Source: Convolutriloba macropyga
Lineage: Eukaryota
Length of the DNA stretch: 64,000 nucleotides
Direction: 5' to 3'
NCBI RefSeq assembly: GCF_964194025.1
Contig: NC_134475.1
Location: 46,934,001-46,998,000, forward strand
Shown: one piece after another, positions 33,900-47,200 of the stretch
How positions within the stretch are numbered: position 1 is the stretch's first letter
How the letters are laid out: each line of letters starts with the position of its first letter
Program-made: the position numbers and the translations under genes
Notes under the pieces: generated by a model
Told to the model about the DNA's origin: nothing
What the model saw: the letters and a program-made list of their open reading frames with translations, nothing else
Databases searched by the model: none

Positions 33900-36350
33900 A
33901 GATTACGGAAATTGATCGGGCTAATTAGTTATCGGCCAATTGTTGGGCCTTGAAGTCAAACTTCTATTTTCAGCGCTAGCAGCCATTCTCTTCAGTGTCT
34001 TCTCGAATGTCTGTGAGAAAACCCCGAACACTTCAAAAGCTAGCTGAAATGCCCCTTTCAGAAGATGTGCTTTCATGTATTCTATACTTGCGCTCTTTTG
34101 CTGCTTCAAGGGCATTACCAGCTTTCAAAGCCGCAATGGCATTTGAGGTTGCTTACAAAGAAGAAACCATAGTCACGTCGAATGCAGCTGGCTTACCTGC
34201 TTGCCAAGATGGAACATAGATATCGCCCGGCGGTGAGTTGTTGTTTGGTATAAGGTTTTCTCTTCTACGTGAGCCCAATTTGCTAAGGAAGCTGATACAA
34301 CTCGAATTTATTGTGCCTGGTTATTGCATCACGACGCCCGTGACATGAAACGGCGTGGTCGCCATGTATATCCAGAATCCTGGTTTTGCAATCAGGGGAT
34401 TTCTTCTTTGCTCTATAGACAGGTACATCTAATCTGTACGTTGCACTGACCCGTAATTCTTGTGTAGTCAAATGAAGACCGAGAGCGGGTTTTTGTGGTG
34501 CCGATTACCAAGCTCCCAAAGACCACAGGGAAAGAGATTGAAATCTCGTTTTTCTTCGCTGAAGTCTGCTTTTCGATTAATACCTTAAAGTTCTTATAGT
34601 CAAGAACCTCTTTTGTTTTCAGAGAGAAATTTTTTCATCGACGCTCTTCAGCTCTAACTTTGACCAGAGTTGGCATTTGTCAGATCGGAGAAAGGGCCCA
34701 CGTTCTGGTGCGTAATCGCGTAATATTTCACAATTTTAATAAATTGTTCTTCAGAAACTGCAATGTGCCTATCGTCAAGATTCCATGTATGCGGATATAG
34801 ATGGAGCACCGACTCATGAATCTTTTTATTACCACTGGCCAGAGGGTGAGTGCAAAATGGAGAGGACCTGCTGGATGGCCCTGTTGGACACCTTGTTCGC
34901 TAGACATCGTAAGTTAGTTTTCATACTATAGTGGACGGTGATTTTAGTAAAAGACTGGTAAAAGCGGCTCTACCTGGTGAATTTCCAATCACCGCTTTCA
35001 GAAGTTGACTCCATTTTCCAGAGTTGAACATCAACCTGTAGAATGCCTGAAATCTTTACTGGGTGAATCATTGCTTTTGCGCCACACCGAATGCCGATAC
35101 CGAGTTGTAGATTTCCGAAGAGATCTACTGCTTTACTGCTGGCTTCCATGATCAAACTTTTTGTTGTAAGACTCCTTTAAGTTTTCCCCGCTGCAATGAG
35201 ATGGATACCTCCTTTTTCCGCAAAGCTGTTAATGAAGTACTGCAGAGCGCATGAGAAATAAACTCAAGTAATCCTCCTCTGCAACTTGTATTCACCATCT
35301 TAGTCGTAGCCTCCGATTGATCGGTTGCAGTGCATTATACTGCCTGCAATAAATGCTTTGGGAACATTTATGAGGGGCGGGCTACTGTATATTGGGAATA
35401 GATTTTAACTGTTCAAAAACTACCACAGAAAACTAATATGCCTCCAAAGATGTAATGATTTGCACTTCGTGCTTGTTTTGTTCTAGATGCAACTATTTCA
35501 ACGCTTCAATTGTTGCTTTGCCAACTGGTGCTATGCCCTCGGATGCCATAACTTTTGCTTCGCGGCCAATTTGACCATTTAGTTATAAGGCGTTGGCCAT
35601 CTAAATGAGACGGATATCTCCTTTCAGCGGGTTTCCCGCTAAAATGAGACGGATACCTCTTTTCAGCAAAATTGTTAGTGAAGCACAGCGCATGAGAAAT
35701 AAACTCAAGCAATCCTCCTCTGCAACTTGTTATCACCAACTTAGTGTTTTCATCGTAGCCTCCGGATAATGGATTGCAGTTCACTATACTGCCTGCAATA
35801 AATGCTTGGGGAACATTTATGAGGGGCGGGTTACTGTATATTTGGGAATAGATTTTAACTGTTCAAAAACTACCCCAGAAAACTAATATGCCTCCGAAGA
35901 TGTATCGATTTGCACTCCGTGCTTGTTTTGTTCTAGATGCAACTGTTTCAACGCTTCTATTGTTGCTTTGCACACTGGTGATATGCCCTCGGATGCTAAA
36001 AATTTTGCTTTGCGGCCTTTTTGTCCATTTAATTATATGGCGTTGACCAGTGAAATAATAGTTTCTATATCGGCATTAATTGTTCTTTATGACTGTTTCA
36101 GTGACGCAGCTTGTTTTCAAAGTCCCCCAAAGTCTGCGTTGGTCCAACGCTTTATCTATAATTTTCTGGCCATATGGCCTCTGTGGTTCTTTCCACTTCT
36201 GTTATTTATTCTCAGAATACATTTTTGTGTTGTTCACTGCCATGAGATGAACGAAAATGGTTGTTACGTTTCGAAACCCGGTTGTTTAAAAATTCCGAAT
36301 AATTACGTAGGTAAATGCTTTTTCGGTGTGTGTTTAACAAGATGATGCTC
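33900..36350 (-). mobile_element. Decayed non-LTR retrotransposon with restriction-like endonuclease (CRE-like/early-branching clade)
   Basis: Minus-strand RT motifs KGGIHLIAAGKT*RSL, QLGIGIRCGAKAMIH, GVQQGHPAGPLHF and WNLDD. Then GAW*SAP..LGLHL, Zn knuckle DCK..LDIHGDHAVSCH..RHN, and RLE PGDIYVPSWQAGKPAAFDVT...KERKY. Many stops and frameshifts. Confidence 0.82.
35195..36050. repeat. ~450-bp tandem duplication inside the non-LTR relic (35195-35600 / 35643-36050)
   Basis: gcgcatgagaaataaactcaag...gcctgcaataaatgctt...ttctagatgcaact is present twice. Confidence 0.9.
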
Positions 36351-38113
36351 CCGTGCAGAGATCAAATTTTTCGGTTTTTTTTACTTGTGCTTGATTAGTA
36401 CTTGTATTAGTACTTGAATGGCTAATAATCTATATCGAATTGAATCGGTGATTTTGAAGCAGAGAATACGAAAACAGGCAATTGTTGTTACAAGTTTTTG
36501 TGAAAACTGTGAAAAGCGTCTTGTAGACGTTACGAAAAGCTAAAGGCGTTATAAGAGAACAGATTTGATTTCGAAGTGTCGTTTTATTTGATATTTATAA
36601 TGCTTTGAAGAAATCATCAGATGTACTTAGTTTTTTGATATCTCATAGCATATCTCAAGGCAAATGGTACCATATTGTATCTCGACGCATAGCGAAACAG
36701 TCCTTTTCTCCCCAAGGACGTGAACCTCCTGTCGGCAAACAAAGTTTCTCTAACATGCTTGTAGTGATTATCTTTTATATTTCCTGAAGGCAAGAATGAA
36801 TCTCTAAAGCTGCAATAATTTTCAAAATTTGATCGTTTTGTTACCTTTTATTTCTCTACAATACAAAGCCCACTATTGAAAAAAATTGCGAAAGGAAAAG
36901 TTTTGTAAAATTGAAGTTCGGGAAATGTCCTCAAAAATGTTTGCTCCTGGTGGCGAGAAACTGTTCATTGAATCTAGTTTCTAAGTTGAGATATGAAGCA
37001 CAAACTGAAATCATGTAATTGAAGAACTTAAAATAGGGAAAAAAATGTGTCTTCGTTAGTATGATGAATTACGAAATAAAAGCTAGACAACAGTTGCATA
37101 ACTTACTTCACCCACTGCAATTAATTGGATTTTTCAGTCCTTCTTTTCTCGCCACGTTCTTTGACTATTTTTGTCATCTATTTTTCCAGTTAATGTTTAT
37201 CGAAGGCTGTGGAGAAAGCCAGGAAAAAATGGGCGGTTAGGAAACCCCAAATTGTCAGCTGTTCGCATCACTCATTTCTTCGCACTGGTCAGGTTGTGCT
37301 TATAAGTAATGGTATCACACCTCTTTATGATTATGCCATTAAACGTGATTTGAAATTGAGAAACAAATTTTGTATGACACGTTAAATTTTCAATATTTAG
37401 GGAACAAAAATTTTCTAACCTGTTTTTTTCCTGAAAAAGATGGTCTGTTGAATTGCTCGTTACAACTATCAAAAGGTTAAAATATTTTTGCTTGGACAGT
37501 GTTTTTTACCTTTATTGTATGCCTATTATTACTACATATAATTTTAACACAAAATTGCAGCCAATTATTTAGTGATGACCATTCAAAAACTATATTTTCT
37601 GTTAATTGTATTCTGCTGTACTGCAATTTGCCCTTTTCGCATCTGTTATAAATTTTGGGAAAAAAGCTGAGCAAGTTTATTAATGAAGTTATTTTTATTG
37701 GAAGTCCTAAATGTCATCTTGGCTAAAATCTTTCACAAATAAATAGCGCAGAACAAATTCGAACATCGCGTCTTAGGGTGTTTTTCTGATTTATTCCAAG
37801 AGAGAGTATATGTACTGCAGATTGTGTGAATCGGATATTCATATAATTATTAATAATAAGGACTAGCTAGAAAGCTTGTCTACGGATAAGTCTGAGTGCT
37901 CTCAAGATCATTAGGCTTGTTCGAAATGCTCAAGCACGCATCGGTTTTGCCAATCGAGTACGTATCGCAAATTTGCTCGTTATGTTGCTGTATATCAAGT
38001 TGAAGGTCTGTAAAATTGACTACAACCGTTTTCAGATTATCACTGTATAAATGAATGGACTGGATTTAAATGGCAACGTTTAAAACTGACAAGCAGTTAA
38101 GAGTATACTTACC

Positions 38114-38219
38114 ATGATACGGTGCAGTCGATTAAGAAATAAAATTGTGAAAAGCGCTGCCGTTTGTCGCAGTGGTTGTTTTCACAGTGAGCGGAGTTCC
38201 AGCTTCTTGAGCTTTAACG
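38114..38219 (+). CDS. VWA8: VWA8 coding exon 1 (mitochondrial presequence-like)
   Basis: accATG context; MIRCSRLRNKIVKSAAVCRSGCFHSERSSSFLSFN is R/S-rich with few acidic residues; strong donor G|GTAAGT in the phase required by exon 2. Confidence 0.7.
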
Positions 38220-41200
38220 GTAAGTACTTTTGATGGCTACAAAGGTAAAGGTTAATTAATTATGCCAGGTAAGATAGGAAGATTCGTTAAATCAAGTCGA
38301 GTTGTGTAGTTTTGGATGGAACAAGAGTGGAAGATTTGGAATAAACAAAATATCAATCAGATAGTGTTGAGATATGAACAGTTTTGCAACGATTATTCCA
38401 TCCAGGCAAAAAAAAGCATTTCTGGAACTCAAAAATCAGGATTGTGAGTTTAGAATAAAAATGGAAAATCTGTGAGTTTAGAATAAATATAGAAAACATG
38501 GAAACATTTTGACCCTGAGCACATTTTTTTTGGAGGAGGAATCCAATGACCCAAAAGAATATTTAGTGTATGACGACATGCGAATTCCGGCAACATTTTA
38601 GGGGAGGACTTTAAATTGTTGTTCGGCAGTGTAGCTTGTTACTCAATAATAAGTCGCCTTGGTGTACAAATTAAGTAACAATTATTTATTAGTCATCTTT
38701 TTAGCGAAAAATTGCAGAAAAAAATATTGTGAATATTGGAACACGTCTTTCTTCGCTCTCACTACATGTAACGATTATTATTTTCTGATTATGAAAAAGA
38801 AGGATTTTTGTAGTACTTATCAAAAATTGCAAAAATGGACGAACAAAAATGATGGAGATAAGAATTACAATATTCACAGTTTTTAGGCGGAATCTGAAAA
38901 ACACGCTCTGAGTCAAGAAAACAACAGTAAAATTAGAAACATAACCTAGCCAGCAATCTGCCCGAAAATAACCGCTGTTGACGCACTTGACGCACGTCGG
39001 GATTGAAACAGAAAAAGAAGAGTTAGAAATTGAGACATTTTTTTCCCTAGGTTTCAAAAGTTGTTCTAATTCGGTGTGCTGTTTCAGTTATATTCCAACG
39101 CTATACCTAATTTAGCTTTTAAACCAAAATCTATTAGGTTGAACACTAATGTCAGCTAGCAATCGCTCGAATGAATATTGATAACCTATAACACAATAAA
39201 TTAGTAACCGGGTTTTATCGGTTTATCCCGTTTCTTTTTACAATTCAAATAATTTGAATTGTATTGGGGCGCTGTCTTTTTTTTAAGATCTGTTCACAAA
39301 TTTTCATGATTTTTGAAGTCAAATTGGAGTAGTGATTTTGGTCACGCCGAAACAGGAATTGGAGCAAAAAGCGAGTGGTTTTTGCGGCGTGAAATTTTTT
39401 CGCTCTTATTTTAAAGTAGAGTGAGAAAATGGTGTTTGGACAAAAATTCGCTTTCTCGCTAGTGGTTTTTTGTTCACATGCAGCAATTTCACTTTGGTTT
39501 TTACTGTTTTTTCGATTTTTTTGGATCGGGTTTTTCCTAAATGGTTTTCCCAATCCATTAATAGCTCATTTTAGGCCTAGTTTTTGTGTGAACCAAATTT
39601 TCATTTCTCGCTAGTGGTGTTTTGTTCACATGCGGCATTTGACACCGATTTTTTGTTTTTTTTTTAAAAAAATTTTTTATCTGATTTGTTTTTAGAAATG
39701 GTTTTCCCAATTCACTCATAGTCCGTTATAAGTCGTTTATTGTTTAGTCAATGAAAATTCTTTGAATTGTACGTCAGGACTTGTCCTGCTATGTTTTTTT
39801 TTTATTTCGTCCATGATAATTTTGTTACGACCATATGCCGTCACACCCACTTTTTGATCATTCGTTCATGCAATTTCAACTGAATTGAATGTATGACGTC
39901 ATTTTTCGCTCTTAGTGGAGCGAGTTTTTTTGTTCATGCGCGTGATTAAATTTTTGGTCAAACTTGACTTACCTCACTCAAAAATGACTTCTCAATTTGA
40001 AATTGACTTTTATTCACTTTAATTCAAAGAGATAAGGTCAAATGGGTGTGTGTCACTCTAAATGAAGGTTATTCGAGATCAGCTAATAGAGGCAGCAATA
40101 ACTTATACAGATTTTTAATCAAAATATAACAGATCAGCCTTCAATGAAAAAACGAATTTTTTTGGTCTGTCTTTTTACTGTTTTTTTAGACTGCCGATCT
40201 ACGAATCAATTGCGGCTATTTTCTGGCAATCTGCCAGCTATGTTAACAATTATTGCAGTTGTCTTTTTGCGCAAATTTTTTGCTGGAGTTTGACTTTAAC
40301 GTCCTTGACTTTGAGTTCTGCTTTATATTATTCGCTTTCTCGTTCATATTTTTAAGGTCTTTTCATTGGTTGCAGTTTGCCACTGAAAGTCAAATGCCAA
40401 GTCCGCAGAAAAATTGTTCTCATTCTTTTTTATTTCAAATAACTTTTGTCTACAGTAAGCTTTTGTAAAACATTATTTGGGATTTTCTCCGTAATTTTGT
40501 TGCCCCCTCGTGGCTAACGCAAGCTACAAAAACGCTTACCTCGGCTGAAACCGTTTACTAGCGGCGGTCAGCCTCTCAACGGCTATTATTTAGTCGCTCT
40601 TCTTTTCATAATCCAAATTATTTGAATTGAATTGGTGTGCTTTGGAACGACTTGGAGAGGAGAGTTGGTGGAGCATTTGTTCTGTGATCGGTAAGTTTGT
40701 TAGAATTAACTTTCTCTTGAAAGTTTCCTGTTGTTTTTTCAAAATTTTTAAGCATAATCTAGTAGAAATTCAATCAGTTCAGTGAGTTTGGCCAGTAATC
40801 TACTTCAAATCGTTTCTGGAAGTCGTCTGGCTCTGGTATTTTGAGCACAGTTCGCACTTTTTTCGGCCTTTTCATGTCAGTGAGAAGTCAAATTGAGAGT
40901 TATTTTAGTCATGCTAAACTGGTAAAGAGATCGCGAAAATCCAGTAGGCTTGAGGAGTGATTTTTCTGCAAACTTTTTTTTATAAATGGAGTGCATATCT
41001 GTTCAATTATTCATAGTTTTGAGCAATACTATAGTTGTTGTTACTAGGAAGTGACACTTGAAAGGTTTTGTTTTCAGGTTTTGTTTTCTTATCTGCTTTT
41101 TAGATTGTTGTTCCATTTTCTCTGCGTATTTTTGTTTGAGAGACTGATAGAGCAGAAGATATAATTAAATATTGGCCGGGAAGCTGCTTTTTATTGTTTT

Positions 41201-44200
41201 GTAGAGAATTTTATTTGAATTTTTGAAGGAAATATTTTTGTGAACTTTTTGTTTTCAATTTTCCGTTTTTTCGACTTGTTTTCTATCAACCGCGGTTCCA
41301 TTGTTTTCCAATTGATATTTTTTTTATTGTGAACTAGCTTTGTTCCTGTATTACAAGGTCTCTATCCGACAGTTCCTTTGATGCCGCAACCTAGAGTAAA
41401 TTTCATCAGATGCTTTGTCAGTTTTTGTCAGTTAACTTTCGCCTTTAATTTTCCTGTTATTGTTTGAAAATCGATAGCACAATCTAATGGGAAATAAATC
41501 AGGTCACTGCTGGCCAGTTATCTACTTCGAATTGTTTCCGGAATTCTTTTGGCTCTGGTTTTTTAATCATGGCCTTAAAAAGGTTCACATTTTTTTCGTC
41601 AGTGAGAAGTCAGATTAAAGTTGTGGTTTTAGTCAAGCTGAATTGATAAAGGGAGTACGGAAGTCCACTAGGTTTGAGAAGTGGTTTTTGCGCAAACTGC
41701 TTTTAAAGTGGAGTGAAAAATTGATGTTTGAACAGGTGTTCGATTTTTGAGAAATTAGAGATTTTTTTCTTTTGCGTCATTTTTTTTACTCCCTTTTCAG
41801 AGTTTCTTATCTTGAGTACTTTGAATATGACGAATATGTGTTCTTATTGCGCCAATTTGCAATTGTTCGGGTCCATCGAAGCTCAGCTATTTTTTGTCAC
41901 TTTGACACTGTTTGTGATCATAAAATTTTGTGATTACTTGATTTTAGACCCCTCTTTGTTATTTCTGTTGGCTCTTTACTTAGTATACTTGATGACAGTG
42001 TTGATTGGTTGCTATGAAGCTTAGAACAATGTAATGGATGAATAGCGTTAACAGCTAGTGTTTTTCTTGACTATGGCTCTACTTTGTTGCAACAGTTATT
42101 TGTGAATTTTCAGTTTTTTCGTCTATTTCTTTTGATTTCTCTTGTCCTATCGTTTATTCCTTTTAGGGACAGGTCTGATGGGTTGCTAATGGTGTGTATC
42201 TTAATCGCAATAGTGATTTTTAGGACTTTGCTGTTAATTGATTTCTATAAATTTTATAGAATTTTTGTGTTTATTGTTGTGCACTTTGTTGACCTTTCTC
42301 TTAGTCTCATTTACGACAGCAGGTCTTTTCGGTTGCTTATTAGGTTATAAACAATCGGTAAAATTATTTCAAACCGTAGTTAATGGCGTCTGCGCATTTT
42401 TAACCTTTCTTGTTTTCTAAAGTAATGGCGTTTTTTTAGTTTTGGTACAATTTGCTTTTTTTTGTATTCTTGTATCATTTAATCTCATCATTGACAGACG
42501 TCTTCGGTTGCTAATGAGCAAGAACTAAATATTTTTTGTTTGAATGAGTCCATGGAAGTCTCATTTTGAAACTTTTTCAAAAAAAATTTTTTTTTAGCCT
42601 TGCATGTTTTCGTTGTTTTTCTTATCGCTAAGTTTCAGAAGTAATAGTTCTTATTGGCCTTCTATAGCGGCGTAATTTTGGTCAGTTTATTAGTTCATTT
42701 TCATAGTTAATGTTTTTATTGCCGTTTGCTGTCGCATAGATGCCGTTGGTTTTCATAATGATCGGGTGAATATATGAATATTGCCTTCATATGTAGTTCC
42801 ATTGAAACCACTAAAATTTGCTTTGTGCAAGGGCTTTGACACCGTATTTATGTAGTTTTGTTAATTTGAGGTCACTGTCTTTCAAAATAGTGTTTCCTGC
42901 CAAATTGATTTTTGCTTTTTTTTAAAGTTTTTGCCTATTTTTGCTATTGTCATTCCCACTAGGTTCTGGGTTTTGTATTCATCCTAAGCATGCCTACAGC
43001 CAATATTTTTATCAAGTGCTGACATTGTCAGTAATTCTTAATGAAAGTAGACCTTGGAAAGAGAAATTTTCAAACTTGTTGTTTAGATTTTTGTGCGTTT
43101 TTGCGCATAAAAAGTCATGGGCTTTGTTGACTGTTTTAATTTGATGTTGCTGTAAATATGGTAATTGTAAGGTCATAAGTGAATTAAAGACTTTGTCTTT
43201 CAATTCCGAACTTATCTTGTAATGTTTTTATATTTGTTTTGTTTATGTCTTTCGAATACCTTTTTCGTTTTACATATGCCACGACTTCAACGTTTGACTC
43301 CTGATGTATCTCATTCACTGTTTCAATTGAATGGATTTCAACTTCTTTCACTCATTGAATTACGCAATGTTTTGAATCCGGTCAAGGTCAAAAGCAAAAA
43401 TTCAAATGGAACGGTGTATACTGATAACACCCCGTCAATAACTAATGGTGCATTAAATTATCCAAGTTCATTGAAGCCATTGCTAGCTGGCATCAGTATT
43501 AATTTTTAATAGCCTTCAATTTATAACCTAAGTATAATTTACTTCACAAAAACTGCACATTAACTGTTTAGAATTCAACTAAAACTGCATACCAATATGA
43601 AACGCAGTTAGAAACAAATTCTGTCAAATTTTCTTATTTTTTGTTTTAATTTTTCTCGTTTTAATCCTGATGTGCGTCAACGGCTGTATTTCCCGGTAAT
43701 TTGCCGGCTATGGTTAATTGTTTACATTTTGAAATAGGCAGAAAAATCAAAACGGATTATTTATTTTTGTTTCATGTTAGCCGTTTCAATATGCATTGAA
43801 GCACTGTCTCATTACAATTATAGAGTTCAGTATTGAATCATGCGTTCATATTTTATTTGCTTTTGTTTGCTTTAATTTTCCCATTATTCCTCATGGTATT
43901 ATCTTTTTTCCAAAGTGAAATGTTGTACATGATTTTGGTGAGATTTTTGCCTTTGGACGCGGTAAAAAAATATGATAGAAGTTGCTCCAAAGTTTAAGTT
44001 ATTTGAAAATACCACCACAAGCTGTAAAATTACTTTCTTCGGTGTGAGTAATTTTTGTGCCGACAGAAGCTATCAGATTTTTTTGTTAAAAAATTATAAT
44101 GAAATTTTTCTCAAAGAAAGGTTGCCGAAGAAAGGTAAAACAAAAGCGTTGCCAAAACTCATGCATATTAAGTCAAAAATGATATTATTCAACTGAGGCG

Positions 44201-47200
44201 CCTTCATAAGATCTTGAAGTTAATTTTGTTTCCACCAAAATGAAATGATTATTCAAAATTGTTTTGAGTTAGAGAATGATATTTGCGACAACAAATCACC
44301 AGTAGTTGGAGCAGGACCAGGTACAGTCAGCTGGAGGAAAAATTTTGCAGGCAATTGGCCCTATTTTTCCTTCTGAAATTCTCATCGATATTTCAAGGCC
44401 ATTGATATGTTGGAATGCTTTTTTGAAATTTTTGTAATTTGAATTTTTTTTGAGCAAGTCATAATTCAAAATGAAGAACCAAATTTGTACAGACGAATAT
44501 CATTTGTATGTCGCTTACATTTAGGAACTCATCTACATTTGAAACATAGAGGTTGCGAAAAGGTGTCATTGACATTCGTCTTTCAAAAGGTGTCATTAAA
44601 CAATTGCACAGTAAAGTGAATTGAGAAAAATTATTTTTCTGTTGCCCATTTTGAATTTCAGTTTAGTTTAGGATCATTCGCCAGATACTCAATTTGCGGA
44701 CGGTTAAATGCAAAGCAATTAAGCAGAAAAGGTTTACCTTAGTTTGTGGCGGACTATATTTTACATCTCACAAAAATCCAAAAGCTAGCAATTTTAGAGC
44801 TGTAAAATATAGTCCGCCACAAATTAAGGTATGCCTTTCCTGCTTGATTCATTCGCATTTAAACGTCCGCAAGTATCTGGCAAATCATCCCGAACTAAGC
44901 TGAAGTTCCAATTGCACTCGAAAAATAATTTTTCTCAATTCACTTTACTATTAAATTCTTTACTCAGTGACAGATATTTGCAATCACTTTGTTGTAACCT
45001 AAAACTGTTAATGCATTGTTCGTTTACCACGTTTCGTTTATTTGGGCGGTATTATATTTCCTTCTTCGTCCATTTTAGATTTCAGTGATTTCGCTCCAAA
45101 AATATCTCAATAGTTTAATCAGAAATTGTAACAGCCGTAACAGAAATCGAACTTCTCGATAAGAATCACTTTGCGAATTCCTAAATGACAACAACCATAA
45201 GTTCAAAACACTTTTGGACAGACAGCACCACTACACTTGGATGGATCCAATCCAAGCAGAGACAGAAGATGTATATTGCCAACAGATTGACCAAAATTCA
45301 CGAGAATTCCAACCCGGACAATTGGAGACACATCCCTAGAAAGATGAATCCCGCTGACCACGGCACACGAGGCCTCAACCCATCAGACATACCAAAGCTG
45401 TGGCTTCAACCACCGGACTTTCTGAGCACACCTCAAGACTCCTGGATTTTTGCCGAAGACAGTGATCCCCACATATGCGCTACACAAGCGACACAACTTC
45501 CGACGCCAGTCGTTGAGGTTGAAAAATTTTTAACATGGAGTCGACTACTCAGCTCTACTAGAATGGTGTTCCAGGCAATAAGACGCTTCAAGGCAAAAGT
45601 CCGAAATAGAAGACAAAACGAATCACCTGAGACCTCCAACGCTGACATTTTTGCATCAGATGAGAAAAGGGAAAGGAACTACCTCATCAAAATGTCCCAA
45701 AACGAGTTGTTCTCAGGAACAATTTCTGCACATTGAAGGGAGACAATCTTGAGAAAGGAGACAAGCTGATGCCCTTCCCACCTTTTCTAGATGACGACGG
45801 ACTCTTGAGGGTAGGAGGAAGACTGAACAAGGCGCCTCTAACATACAGTGCGAAACATCCTCTTGTTCTCCATAGCAGGAACAAAATTGCAAGACTGTTG
45901 ATTGAAAAGGCGCACCATGACTGTGGCTATCAGGGCGTGGAACATGTGAAGGCTCACCTGCAACAGACTTTCCTGATGATTGGATTGAGAAAAGTGCTGC
46001 GATGTCTGGGGAAATACTGTTTCATTTGCAGACGATGAAGGGCAGACAATGTGAGACCGAAGATGGCCGATCTTCCTGAATTCAGATTTCCAGATGTAAA
46101 CACGCAGTACCCCTTCGTCAACACAGGAATGGACATGTTTGGACCTTTCTTGACATGACTTTTTTCTAGTACAGTTATGACTCTTCTTTGCTGTTGTCGC
46201 AAATGTTTGCAATATTTTGTGTCCTAATATACTCCTTCGGAATCTCTGTCATTCTATACGCTAAATCTCCCGCTATATACAGTAATTTTCGAGTAAAAAA
46301 TGAAAATCAAATCGGGCATTTTAAAAAGTTTAATAAATGTAGCGCGTGAATTTTTTATTCCTTGCAGGACTGAACTAACTCCACTTTCTATCACCAGTGT
46401 AATCAAACTGCTTTTTTTATATAATGGTGCTCGAAATGAGATCAGAAGTATGCTCTGTTGTAACCAGGAAAGAAGTTGTAGTGGGAACGATAGGATTATC
46501 AACATAATGGTAAAACTATCGGCTCCAGTGACTGTCTTCTTCATAGCGTTTTTAATCAGCTGATCCTTTGCTCATGGTCTTTTCTAGGATTCACTCGATA
46601 AGCGAAAATAGTGCCCCTAAATAAAGAAGATTTGAACTTAGATGAATTAGACGAACCTTAACAACGAGTTTTTATTGTTTTTATGAGTTTCATAATATAT
46701 TTTTTTGTCAATTTCTTTTACTCTGGGGCAGGGTTTGTGGGTATCAGTTCTCCGCTTTAATTGCTTCCTAGATATTGTCATCGTATTTTTGTTTTTAAAC
46801 CAATTATATCTGAAGTTTTTAACTCCTGTTTCAATGTTTCAAGGAAAGACAAGACTAGTCATATGTTTAGTAAGAAGTTTTTAGGTACTCGTGCCCGTTA
46901 CTAATTGATTGGATTTTTTCTTTTAATTTTTGTAAAAACGGGCTACAGATTGTCTTTATACTGGTTCAATTATTGTTTTGGGATCCTGTTTTTTCTAGAT
47001 TAATTTAAGCTATCAGAAACTTTTTTGATGCTGGTTCCGAGCTTTTTCGAATCCATTAAACATTTTGATAGTTTGTTAACCATCTAAAAGTTTCTGAAAA
47101 TGAAAAATATAAAATCTTGACGTCATATTTGTCGGAAGCAGATTATCTAAACAATGTGGTATCTTGTTGATATTGGGAAATTTTTTGCACCTATGCCAAC

